A stretch of DNA of 64,000 bases from positions 1 through 64,000 of the forward strand of contig JAHQJS010000006.1 in the NCBI GenBank assembly GCA_019057385.1. The letters run 5' to 3'. Below the pieces are notes generated by a model. It saw nothing but the letters and a program-made list of their open reading frames with translations. It made no database searches and was not told where the DNA came from. This stretch comes from Candidatus Borrarchaeum weybense. Its GTDB lineage: Archaea; Asgardarchaeota; Sifarchaeia; Borrarchaeales; Borrarchaeaceae. The translations under genes were made by a program, and so were the position numbers. Of the stretch, positions 9,789 to 18,882 are shown one piece after another (the first letter of the stretch is position 1; the number at the start of each line of letters is the position of its first letter).

Positions 9789-9812
9789 AAAACCATTAGG
9801 TTCTGGTTTTTT
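9787..9812. terminator. Bidirectional hairpin terminator between convergent genes
   Basis: AAAAAACCA-ttaggttc-TGGTTTTTT 9-bp inverted repeat at the stop of the CBS gene. Confidence 0.45.
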
Positions 9813-9849
9813 TCTACGTCATCTAATAATAAAAAGTGAACTTTCAATT

Positions 9850-10251
9850 TCAGGAAAAACTAGTGTCATTTTCTTGACTATTAAACAAAATAGTTGCAAT
9901 TTTCTTATCAAACCCATTGAAACCTGCTATATTAACAGGATCTGTACAGATAATGTCTTTAAATTGCCGTTTAAATTCATTGGCTGCCAATGCTAGTTTT
10001 CGCTGAACATTTAGTTTTGAATCCGCTTTATCACTAACCGCAATTAACATCAATTCATCTAAAGCGAAAAATATTAATTTATATTCCTTTAATTCGACGG
10101 TGTGCACTGTTTCGTCTAATTCATTAGCAAAAATACGGATAGCAGTTGTAAAACTTGAAAAAAGACCCTCTTCTATTCTTATTTTCTCTGAGTTACTGCA
10201 ATGTAGAAGACATTTTCCCCCTTCTTCGATGATAAATATCTCATGGATCAT
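9850..10251 (-). CDS. Longin-like domain protein (Asgard eukaryotic signature protein), paralogue A
   Basis: MI.EIFII..GG.CLL...LFSSF..AI..F..EL...V..VEL...KL.F...L..IAVSD...F.GF...I, the pattern of small longin (sybindin/adaptin-sigma-like) domains. Confidence 0.75.
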   Translation of the reverse strand: MIHEIFIIEEGGKCLLHCSNSEKIRIEEGLFSSFTTAIRIFANELDETVHTVELKEYKLIFFALDELMLIAVSDKADSKLNVQRKLALAANEFKRQFKDIICTDPVNIAGFNGFDKKIATILFNSQENDTSFS

Positions 10252-10529
10252 TCTACTACATCTCTCTGCAACGACAAATTATTATGTAAGTGTAGTTGAT
10301 GAATTGTCAGTTTAAGATTTTTTAAATGACACATTGTTCATGCATTCTTCTCTCTTAAATATTGCAGCTATTTAGTTATTTCTTTAGAAAAAAGAGAATG
10401 TTACCAATTAGCATAGAACGGTTTTATGTAGATCTTGAAAAAATATTTGACTTTGACAGAGTTGATTAAAAATCAACCATACAATTCTATTTTGAGAAAT
10501 TATTTGTTTTCTAATTAGAATATCCAGTT

Positions 10530-10934
10530 TTACGAAAAATGAGATATGGTCTGATCATGTGACAAAAGAGATGCTATCCTCTCTTCAAATCCATTAAAAT
10601 CTGTTAGATCTCCAGACCATGTTGTTATATTCTGATTAAATTTTCTACAAAAATCATTTGCTAATAAAGCTAATTTACGTTTAACATCATAATTATCTTC
10701 AAATTTGTCACTTACTGCAATTAAAAAGAGAGTCTCAAAGGAGAAGAATACCAACTTGCATTGCTTCAATTCTATAGTTTGAACGGTTTCCCTTAACTCA
10801 TTAACAAAACATCTAATTGCGCAAGCAAAACTTGAAAAAAGATCCTCATCTATTCTTATTTTTTCTGAATCATTAATGGATTTTCTAAGGAGACATTGTC
10901 CACCTTCCTTAATTATGAATATCTCGTAAATCAT
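10530..10934 (-). CDS. Longin-like domain protein, paralogue B
   Basis: Same pattern; roughly half identical to 9850-10251 by eye; W.GD..DF.GF C-terminal motif. Confidence 0.78.
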   Translation of the reverse strand: MIYEIFIIKEGGQCLLRKSINDSEKIRIDEDLFSSFACAIRCFVNELRETVQTIELKQCKLVFFSFETLFLIAVSDKFEDNYDVKRKLALLANDFCRKFNQNITTWSGDLTDFNGFEERIASLLSHDQTISHFS

Positions 10935-10958
10935 TTTTTATTGCATCTCTTCCTTTTT

Positions 10959-11165
10959 TCACAGCAGTATAGGCTCATAAACGGATTTCAACACTGCCCT
11001 TGCATGATTATGCCTTGCATCATCATTCAGGAATTCTGGGTGCCCCTGAACAACGAGATCGTGGAATATAGAAAAATATTCTGCAAGTATTCTGGTCTTT
11101 GTGGTTTTTAACTTCTCAGCTAACCTTTTAATTAGGATTTTTGATTTCTGTGGGAGTTCATCCAT
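10959..11165 (-). CDS. Small helical hypothetical protein (68 aa)
   Basis: AGGTGAG RBS before ATG; ends 24 bp upstream of longin B on the same strand. Confidence 0.65.
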   Translation of the reverse strand: MDELPQKSKILIKRLAEKLKTTKTRILAEYFSIFHDLVVQGHPEFLNDDARHNHARAVLKSVYEPILL

Positions 11166-11227
11166 ATGCTCACCTATACTTCGCTAATGCATCTCTTAAA
11201 TATTCATTTCGAAGGATTTCACTCTTT

Positions 11228-11374
11228 TTAAGGATAGGTTGGGATTTCTCCTGAATAAATCATTTCTCTAAAGCGATTTAAGGCAAGACAGAATCCTATA
11301 TCGTCGTTATATTGTAATCTTCTGGCTCGTCTCATTAAATACATAACACCTGGATGTTCTTGAGGTCGATTCAT
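11228..11374 (-). CDS. 48-aa hypothetical microprotein (not in the ORF track)
   Basis: GGTGAAAAAT-ATG; MNRPQEHPGVMYLMRRARRLQYNDDIGFCLALNRFREMIYSGEIPTYP*. Confidence 0.55.
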   Translation of the reverse strand: MNRPQEHPGVMYLMRRARRLQYNDDIGFCLALNRFREMIYSGEIPTYP

Positions 11375-11406
11375 ATTTTTCACCAACTTAGGAATAGGTA
11401 TTCACA

Positions 11407-11432
11407 CGCGTTGATGGACCTCCATCAACGCG
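11407..11432. promoter_or_regulatory. Perfect 12-bp inverted repeat with a 2-nt spacer (probable protein-binding site)
   Basis: CGCGTTGATGGA-CC-TCCATCAACGCG. Confidence 0.6.
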
Positions 11433-11504
11433 CGCGATTTTTTTAGGGCTGTGTCCTTAATTTCTAAATAGAATAATTCTACTATATAAATTTTTTGCAA
11501 AAAA

Positions 11505-11798
11505 ATGGAGTTTAATGCAGTTTAGATGCATACCAAGTTTCTTTAAATAAGAGATTTAGCAAATTTTCTAATGAATAAGCGTGCGCGCATGCACTTGAAT
11601 GCACTTTACGATGGAGTTATGCACTTTCTTGGTATACTTCCCAATGATATCTCTCTTTTTTAAGAACTTTAAACCAAAAAAACTTCTGTTTGCCCGTTAA
11701 AATTTATATTCATAGATTTTCATTGTTATTTGCAAAAAAACAGATATTTTTTTAAGGATGAAAGAAAATAATACCTATAATGGAGTTTCAATGGAGTT
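11505..11798 (+). repeat. Array of eight ATGSASTT direct repeats in three clusters
   Basis: Copies start at 11505, 11515, 11589, 11599, 11611, 11619, 11780 and 11791. Confidence 0.7.
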
Positions 11799-11875
11799 TA
11801 TCGAAGTTCTTTATTAAGAATTAATTAAAACAAAGAATCCTCACAAAGAATCAGCATAAAGGATGATGAATAAAT

Positions 11876-12970
11876 ATGGAAGCTTTAGATAGATACTCTA
11901 GAAAACTTAATGAGTTAGGCTGGTGGGACTTTCCTTTTATTCCCTCGATTATCCCACAAGTATATCTTGGACAAAAAAACCTCGAAGCCTTATTACCTCA
12001 GGTCAAGATCGGTAACCTTGTGATCGTAGAGGGAAGTTACGGGACGGGTAAGACACAACTCTTCGAGCACCTTAAGTATTTATTGAGTGAAAGGCATGAT
12101 GATTACTTGCCAATCTTAATTTCAGAACCTCCAGAAACCTTTTTGTTAAGCGAATCAATTATGACAGAACTCAGAAAATTTTTGGGAATCACTCATGAAC
12201 CTCCGAAAGTCATTGATGAACTGGTATCTATTCTAAGAGATGTAAATCGACGTATTATCCTATTAATTGATGAAGCGCAATTATTAATTGCCAGAGATTC
12301 TGACAGCTTGGAAGTAAAAGAAAAGAAAAGAAGAGATGTCCAATGGATACGGGTTTTGGTTGACCTTAGCAATGTTGTTTTATTTCTAGCTGGTTTGCCA
12401 GATTTTTCTAAATCTCTTTTTCAGATGTTCATACCTTTGGAGGATAGGGTTACTAGAAAACTGCGATTAGAACCATTGAGTCTTGCCGAAACAACTAATA
12501 TGATTCGGAAGCGGATAGAGTATTATGGGGGACATGATATCAAACCTTTTCAGGAAGATGCACTGGAAGAGATCTTTAACCATACACAAGGCTATCCACG
12601 TGCTATTATTAAACTATGCGGAAAAGTAGTTGAGGCATTCTTAAATTCTGAAGCTTCAGAAGTTACAAAAGAGTTAGTGAATGATATTGCAATTGAGGAA
12701 GGTCGCATCGAAATCGTTGAAGTGATAACTGATGATATAATAAAGTTATTAACCCCTGCTCAAAACGAAGTCCTTTTCGTTTTGGCTAATTCTTCAGAAA
12801 TGCTAAAACCAGATGATGTTGCTAAACGTGCAAATCTCACTACAGGCGGTGCAGGAAATATATTAAGAGATTTGCATGAACAGGGTTATATAAGACGAGA
12901 ATTACGCGGTAGAGCGTATCATTATTACGTTGCAAGAGAGGATTTAAAGCGAATTTACTTACGAGGCTAA
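11876..12970 (+). CDS. ExeA/AAA_22-like AAA+ ATPase with a C-terminal winged helix-turn-helix
   Basis: Walker A GSYGTGKT, Walker B ILLIDEAQ, EDRV arginine finger, TQGYPRAI; C-terminal LTPAQNEVL...DVAKRANLTTGGAGNILRDL.EQGYI wHTH. Confidence 0.85.
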   Translation: MEALDRYSRKLNELGWWDFPFIPSIIPQVYLGQKNLEALLPQVKIGNLVIVEGSYGTGKTQLFEHLKYLLSERHDDYLPILISEPPETFLLSESIMTELRKFLGITHEPPKVIDELVSILRDVNRRIILLIDEAQLLIARDSDSLEVKEKKRRDVQWIRVLVDLSNVVLFLAGLPDFSKSLFQMFIPLEDRVTRKLRLEPLSLAETTNMIRKRIEYYGGHDIKPFQEDALEEIFNHTQGYPRAIIKLCGKVVEAFLNSEASEVTKELVNDIAIEEGRIEIVEVITDDIIKLLTPAQNEVLFVLANSSEMLKPDDVAKRANLTTGGAGNILRDLHEQGYIRRELRGRAYHYYVAREDLKRIYLRG

Positions 12971-13232
12971 TTTAGCCTTAAGTTTTTTCTAAAAGTTGGA
13001 ATCTTACGTTTAAGAAAAGGCGTCTTTTTTCTGATTGTGCATTTGTACTGCCCTAAATATTAAGAGCCGTTTTAAGCAGATTTAATTTCATTTAATAAGT
13101 TAAAAACATAAGAACGGAATTTTAATTATCTTAATCACTATAAAATATCTTAAAAACATTTTAAATATCATATGGATGGATTTACCGGAAGAAAAAGTTG
13201 AACTTCCAATAAACTTTTGAAGGAGTTTCGAT

Positions 13233-13988
13233 GTGATATTAACCAGAAGAATGGAGGCTTTCTCTGTGGCAACTGAGGCTAACGATTATCTTGAACTTAC
13301 CGCAATGATGACAGCTATTCCTGCTACTATTCTGAAAATCTTAAAAGTAACTTCCCCTACGTCCCTACCTCCTCCTATTGAAGGTATCAACTTTAATTCG
13401 GAACATATTGTGCTAGTTATACTTGATAACTTTGGTCTATTTGAGTATACATACTATAAGCCCGAATTCTTAATCCAAGCGTGTGATGCTCTTGTTCTTC
13501 TAGATACACAGAATCCTTATACTGATAGTGTGTTAAAACAGGTTTTCTATGTTACTGAACAATTTAGTGGCTTTCATCTTCCAAGTGTTCTTATTGAAAA
13601 CGGAAAGTCTGTTGCAATGGTTGGACGTCAAGAAGAACTGAATATTATTGCACATAATGAGTATTCGATTCCGTCCACTGATGATATGAATGTCTATATC
13701 AATGCTGTAAAGGCTTTGAACAGACATGATTTTCTTTCGTTGCATTTTATTGATTTTGAAAAATTATATCAGCAATATGCTTTTCAGCCACCTGCAGAAA
13801 CGCTAAAACAATTAATTCGGAGGACTGATAAATGGCTAAAGGTTCTATTTATGCAGGCGAAGCCTGGATCAGTCTTTATTATTCTTAGTTCACATGGAAA
13901 ACATCAAATTGATTTACAAATCAAAGGAAAAGCAGCGCAATGGCGACTAGCTAGTCTTCCTATCGCTATTTTCTCAAAAAAACCTTAA
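13233..13988 (+). CDS. Alkaline phosphatase/nucleotide pyrophosphatase (PglZ-like) fold protein with degenerate metal motifs
   Basis: IPATILKIL, IVLVILDNFG, FLSLHFIDFE, IILSSHG (canonical forms DGLG, DxxxH, TADHG). Confidence 0.6.
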   Translation: MILTRRMEAFSVATEANDYLELTAMMTAIPATILKILKVTSPTSLPPPIEGINFNSEHIVLVILDNFGLFEYTYYKPEFLIQACDALVLLDTQNPYTDSVLKQVFYVTEQFSGFHLPSVLIENGKSVAMVGRQEELNIIAHNEYSIPSTDDMNVYINAVKALNRHDFLSLHFIDFEKLYQQYAFQPPAETLKQLIRRTDKWLKVLFMQAKPGSVFIILSSHGKHQIDLQIKGKAAQWRLASLPIAIFSKKP

Positions 13989-14083
13989 CAAGTTTTTTTA
14001 TGTTTTCATTTATAAGAAAAATGAACTTCCTAAAAGCACATAACTTCCTAACTAATTTCCGCTTTTCATACATGCTCTTCTTT

Positions 14084-16075
14084 CTATTCTACGTCCATTC
14101 CGAATTTTCTTTTGAAAAACTCAATAATTTCTTTTGATGTTTTTTTACCTAATATACTGCCTGTTATCCACTTTCGTCTTCCAATAAAGAATAAAATATT
14201 ACAAAAAAATATATTACCGATAATTAGTCCTTCGAATAGTAGTGGAATGCCAAATGTCCTCCGAATAGCGTATGCTTGAGAGAGTAATAAAGGAAAGGTC
14301 AATCCTATTGTAACAAATAAAATATCGCGATAATGTTTTTCTACAAATGAGGACCTTCTTAGATAAAAGGAAAAGTATATCATGTTAGTAAAAAGAACCA
14401 ATATTGCCCCATAAAGAAATTGGATATCAATTATATCAAACTGAAATGTATTACCATATAATGAAATACTAAAAAGTGGCTCAAGCACCAGAATAGTTGT
14501 AGAATAAGAATTATCCGTTATATTCGCTTCATTTTCAATTCCAGAAATCTTAACTAATATTGTGTGATTACCTTCAATAGCATCCCATTCTAACGTGACT
14601 TCTACAGAGGAACTAACAAGGACATTCACTTCAGTGGTGTTAACTAGTGTATTATCTATATAAAGATTAATAGTAATGGTTTCATTCACCTTTCCAGTAT
14701 TTTCTACATATATTGCCACTTTTATGGTCTCGCCGCTTGCTGGAGGATGTTTCGGAAAGACATCAACATGACTCAATGTCACATCACGGGTTGGAATGTA
14801 AAGAGTTTGTGTACGGTTATTATTTTGTGAATTAACTTCCTTAGTCGTGGGAAGTCCGTTAATCTCAATTAATACTGTAATTTGATGTTTCCCTTTTTTG
14901 GCGTCCCAATGAAACTGTTTTTCGATAGATTGTCCTTCAAGTAACTTGATTTTTGATGTCGTAATTAATTTACCGTCAATTTCAAGATGTACTGTTGTAA
15001 ATTCATCTTTCGAGCCTTGATTTTCGATATTGGCTTTGATAGTTACTACGTCTCCAGGCTCAATTACTTGAGGAGTTACTGATAATGATTTTACAGCAAC
15101 ATCCCGAAATGCTGCAACATTAATAGTAGAATTTGAGAGCACATCAATAGTGTATTGTGATGCATTTCCAAATACCCTAAATTCGATGTCTAATGCATTT
15201 CTGCCTTCATATAGCAATGATTTGTCAACATTTGTTGAAATCCCAATCAATTGAGATTCATTGTTAATGTCCCATTCCCACGTGGATAGTTTCTCTTGAT
15301 TCCAGTATAGGCTAAGGGTAATATTATAGACAGTAAGATAGTTTTCAACAGAATAGAACGCTCTAAGATCGGTTGAGAATTGATCTGTCATCACTTCCTC
15401 AGACAGTCTAAATTCCAAAGAAGCTGTTACCGTTTGGTATTCTGGTGTACCGTCTTCTAAATAATCTTGAAATTCTGCAGGATAAGGAAGTACATCACCT
15501 AATTCACTAAAACTATATTCTCCCGCTGATTGAATGTGTGAGAGAGTCTTCAAGAAGAAATAGGACTCTTTATAGAGGATGAAAGTTGTTGTGCCATCAT
15601 AACTTGAAACAAAGGCAAGTTCAATTTCAATAAAATTGTTTCCTTCGAGTAAACTATCAAACGGAACGATAATGTTTACCCAATACTTATCAATCTTCTT
15701 TAAAGCCATGCTTTCAATACTTTTGCTTTCATGAAAACGGTTATTACAATAAATTTCGATATCGAAATCAGAGTCAGGGTCTTCGCCAGAAAAACTTGTG
15801 AGAAGCGAAAGTGAAAGAGCTTTATCTTCTATTGAATCGATTGAGAACGTAATAAGAATGTTATCTTTAGCTTCGGCTCCATTACTAGCTGAGAGTCTTA
15901 TTGTATCAATATCCCACTCTGAAAATAGGTTTTTCCCGTCTTCAAGGCTTGTAGTACCTTCTGAAGAGGGCACCATCATTGGTAAGAGCAGGAATATTGC
16001 TATAAAGATGACAACGAGAGCCTTTTTCAAAACACGGTCCGTCCATTTCGATATAATTGAGAGGAGCGTCCACAT
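14084..16075 (-). CDS. Membrane-anchored surface protein with two CARDB (Ig-like) domains
   Basis: N-terminal hydrophobic signal; DVAV..L...P....GD.VTI.A.IENQG...W....G.H...E.N..NN repeated twice; three C-terminal TM helices. Confidence 0.8.
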   Translation of the reverse strand: MWTLLSIISKWTDRVLKKALVVIFIAIFLLLPMMVPSSEGTTSLEDGKNLFSEWDIDTIRLSASNGAEAKDNILITFSIDSIEDKALSLSLLTSFSGEDPDSDFDIEIYCNNRFHESKSIESMALKKIDKYWVNIIVPFDSLLEGNNFIEIELAFVSSYDGTTTFILYKESYFFLKTLSHIQSAGEYSFSELGDVLPYPAEFQDYLEDGTPEYQTVTASLEFRLSEEVMTDQFSTDLRAFYSVENYLTVYNITLSLYWNQEKLSTWEWDINNESQLIGISTNVDKSLLYEGRNALDIEFRVFGNASQYTIDVLSNSTINVAAFRDVAVKSLSVTPQVIEPGDVVTIKANIENQGSKDEFTTVHLEIDGKLITTSKIKLLEGQSIEKQFHWDAKKGKHQITVLIEINGLPTTKEVNSQNNNRTQTLYIPTRDVTLSHVDVFPKHPPASGETIKVAIYVENTGKVNETITINLYIDNTLVNTTEVNVLVSSSVEVTLEWDAIEGNHTILVKISGIENEANITDNSYSTTILVLEPLFSISLYGNTFQFDIIDIQFLYGAILVLFTNMIYFSFYLRRSSFVEKHYRDILFVTIGLTFPLLLSQAYAIRRTFGIPLLFEGLIIGNIFFCNILFFIGRRKWITGSILGKKTSKEIIEFFKRKFGMDVE

Positions 16076-16306
16076 CCTCTTCGCTTAAATAAATTTGCTA
16101 GAATGGTTTTATTATGACCTTATAAACATTTTTCCGCTTTTAAGGTTATATAGTTCGATGTGCTTCAAAATCGTACAACTAGAAGCACTGCATGAATGAG
16201 ATCCCTTATAAGCATATAACTCCTTGAGTTTCTTGGAATTGACTCTTCTAAGAGTCATTATTTCGCGATCTATTCATAACTTCTCTTTTGTTGAAGGTGC
16301 ATCTTC

Positions 16307-17371
16307 TTGATAAAGGAAAAGGCTGAAAAATGTGTAAAATTGATCCATAAACTATTGCCAGAGTTCAAAGTAAAAATAATGCATGTTTGTGGAACACATG
16401 AGCAAACTATCACTCGTGCTGGTCTACGAGCATTGCTACCTGAGAATTTAGAACTTCTTGCTGGGCCAGGATGCCCGGTATGTGTAGTTCCCGCACATGA
16501 CATTGATGAAGCATTATTTTTAGCTAAAGATGGCAAAATAATCGCAACCTATGGTGATATGATAAGAGTACCTGCAAGTGAAATTTCTCTAGCAGATGCT
16601 AATGCTGAGGGCGCAAATATAAAAATAGTCTATAGCGTTAATGATGCTATCAAACTGGCACAAAAATATCCCAATGAAGAAATAGTTTTTTTTGGGATAG
16701 GGTTCGAAACAACGGCACCTACCTTAGCTGCAGAAATGATCAAGGGACCTCCAGAAAATTTCAGCGTCTTAACATCATATCGACTTATTCCACCCGCAAT
16801 GGAACTTATTATGGGCATTGGAGACTTGCATATCGAAGGTTTTATTTGCCCAGGTCATGTGGCTACAGTAATAGGCACTAAGCCTTTTCAATTCCTTCCA
16901 GAACTCTATTCTATGCCCACAGTTATTTCAGGTTTTGAACCGCTAGATGTTCTCTTAGCGATTCTTATGCTACTTAAGCAGATCAGAAACAATGATCCAA
17001 AGGTAGATAATGAATATAGTCGTACAGTAGCTGATGAAGGAAATATAAGAGCACAGGAGGTCATGAAGACGGTTTTTGAAACAGCAACTGTACGATGGCG
17101 AGGAATTGGACGTGTTCCTCTATCTGGATATCATTTAAAAGAAGAATATTCAGATTACGATGCGAGAAAAAAGTATAACATACCTATAGAACATTCTATA
17201 GATATTAGACCAGGGTGTTCTTGTCATCTTGTGATTATTGGAAAACTCCCCCCAGATCAATGTCCTCTATTTGGAGAGGAATGCACACCTAATCATCCTT
17301 ATGGTCCTTGTATGGTAAGTCACGAAGGAACGTGCAATATTTTTTACCGTTACAGCGCACGCAGAAAATGA
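16307..17371 (+). CDS. hypD: Hydrogenase maturation protein HypD
   Basis: MHVCGTHE, GPGCPVCV, GFETTAP, PGHV, GFEP, C-terminal CPLFG..CTP..PYGPCMVS.EG.C. Confidence 0.97.
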   Translation: MIKEKAEKCVKLIHKLLPEFKVKIMHVCGTHEQTITRAGLRALLPENLELLAGPGCPVCVVPAHDIDEALFLAKDGKIIATYGDMIRVPASEISLADANAEGANIKIVYSVNDAIKLAQKYPNEEIVFFGIGFETTAPTLAAEMIKGPPENFSVLTSYRLIPPAMELIMGIGDLHIEGFICPGHVATVIGTKPFQFLPELYSMPTVISGFEPLDVLLAILMLLKQIRNNDPKVDNEYSRTVADEGNIRAQEVMKTVFETATVRWRGIGRVPLSGYHLKEEYSDYDARKKYNIPIEHSIDIRPGCSCHLVIIGKLPPDQCPLFGEECTPNHPYGPCMVSHEGTCNIFYRYSARRK

Positions 17372-17405
17372 AACACTTAGTATTAGAAGTCGTGAGGTCG
17401 CAGAA

Positions 17406-18788
17406 TTGCTTAAAATAATGATTATAGTCGGGGCAAGACCCCAATTCATAAAAAGTGCACCAATAATTCGAGAAATGCTAGCATGTCCTGATATTGACCT
17501 AAAAGTTGTTCATTCTGGACAGCACTATGCTGAAGAGATGTCGGATATCTTTTTCCAACAACTCAATATACCCCAACCAATTGAAAACCTAGGAGTTGGC
17601 TCGGGAACCCATGCAATTCAGACGGCAGCCATGTTAGAAGGATTAGAAAAAACTTTCTTGAAGTATATGCCAGACCTTGTAATTGTTGTTGGTGATACTA
17701 ATACTACACTTGCGGGTGCACTTGCAACGTCTAAGCTACAGATACCTCTTGCCCATGTGGAAGCTGGCTTACGATCTTATGACATGAGTATGCCTGAAGA
17801 AATTAATCGGAAATTGACTGATCATTGCTCAACCTTGCTTTTTTCACCCACGTTAAACGCAGCAATAAACTTGGTAAATGAAGGCATTCCTTCAGAAAGG
17901 ATTTTTGTAACGGGCGATACGATGGTAGATGCCTGCTATCAACATTTATTTGAAGCTAAAGACTCCACAATATTGGCACGCCTTAAATTAGAAACAAAAG
18001 ACTATTTATTGATTACATTGCACAGACAAGAAAATGTAGACAAGAAGGGAACTTTAAAAGGCATTATTGAAGCGTTAATTGAATTAAAAGACTTGAAGAT
18101 CGTATTTCCTATTCATCCTAGAACTTATTTACGCCTTAGGGAATTTGGAATACTGAAATTACTACGAGAAGCAGAGAACATCATAGTAGAAAAGCCTTTA
18201 GAATATTTGGAATTCCTTTACTTAATGCACAAAGCAAAATTGGTTGTAACCGATTCGGGGGGAATTCAAAAGGAAGCATATATTCTGGGAGTACCCTGTT
18301 TGACTCTTAGGTACAATACAGAGTGGATAGAAACCCTAAATTCCGGGATAAATACTCTCGTTGGAACTGAAAAGAAAAACATTATACAAAATGTCAAATA
18401 TACTTTAGAAAACCCTGCAATTGAAAAAAAGATGAAAAATTTACCAAAACTTTTTGGAGACGGAAAAGCCGCCAAACGCATTATAAAAATAATTTTAGAA
18501 AAATACAACAACGAAGAACTAACGATTGAAAGGTCAAATTACCTTAAAGAAGGATATCCTGTATATGCAACATATTTTGTCGAAAAGGGATCACAATTGG
18601 ATGGAGTTTTTCTCTCAGATGTAGAAAAAAAATTACCCAAAATCAAAACTCTGCTGTTATGTGATTCATCTGGGAATCCAATCTATCCAAGCGATGATGT
18701 CAAAGTCATCAATGGATATGTGATTCATACACATGGACCAAAAGATGAGCAACAAAATCTGCTAAAACTAATCAAGAAAAAGATTTAA
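17406..18788 (+). CDS. wecB: UDP-N-acetylglucosamine 2-epimerase (non-hydrolysing) with a C-terminal RCK_C-like extension
   Basis: GARPQFIK, HSGQHY, GDTNTT, HVEAGLRS, PEEINR, TDSGGIQKEA. Confidence 0.93.
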   Translation: MLKIMIIVGARPQFIKSAPIIREMLACPDIDLKVVHSGQHYAEEMSDIFFQQLNIPQPIENLGVGSGTHAIQTAAMLEGLEKTFLKYMPDLVIVVGDTNTTLAGALATSKLQIPLAHVEAGLRSYDMSMPEEINRKLTDHCSTLLFSPTLNAAINLVNEGIPSERIFVTGDTMVDACYQHLFEAKDSTILARLKLETKDYLLITLHRQENVDKKGTLKGIIEALIELKDLKIVFPIHPRTYLRLREFGILKLLREAENIIVEKPLEYLEFLYLMHKAKLVVTDSGGIQKEAYILGVPCLTLRYNTEWIETLNSGINTLVGTEKKNIIQNVKYTLENPAIEKKMKNLPKLFGDGKAAKRIIKIILEKYNNEELTIERSNYLKEGYPVYATYFVEKGSQLDGVFLSDVEKKLPKIKTLLLCDSSGNPIYPSDDVKVINGYVIHTHGPKDEQQNLLKLIKKKI

Positions 18789-18882
18789 TGTAACCGCAGT
18801 AATTTCTTCCATTGAAAGCAGTTGAAATTCTATGGTGATGTTCTGTATCTAGTTTAAAGTACGTTTCTTGACCTATCTTGTC

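Noticed and set aside
11505-11810. CRISPR array or canonical ORB origin
   Set aside because: Repeats are 8 bp without unique 30-40 bp spacers; TCCATTGAAA only loosely resembles mini-ORB and lacks the G-string; the ATPase is ExeA-like rather than clear Cdc6
11876-13988. BREX defence system (ATPase plus PglZ)
   Set aside because: Proteins are far smaller than BrxC/PglZ, and there is no pglX, brxA, brxB or brxL nearby
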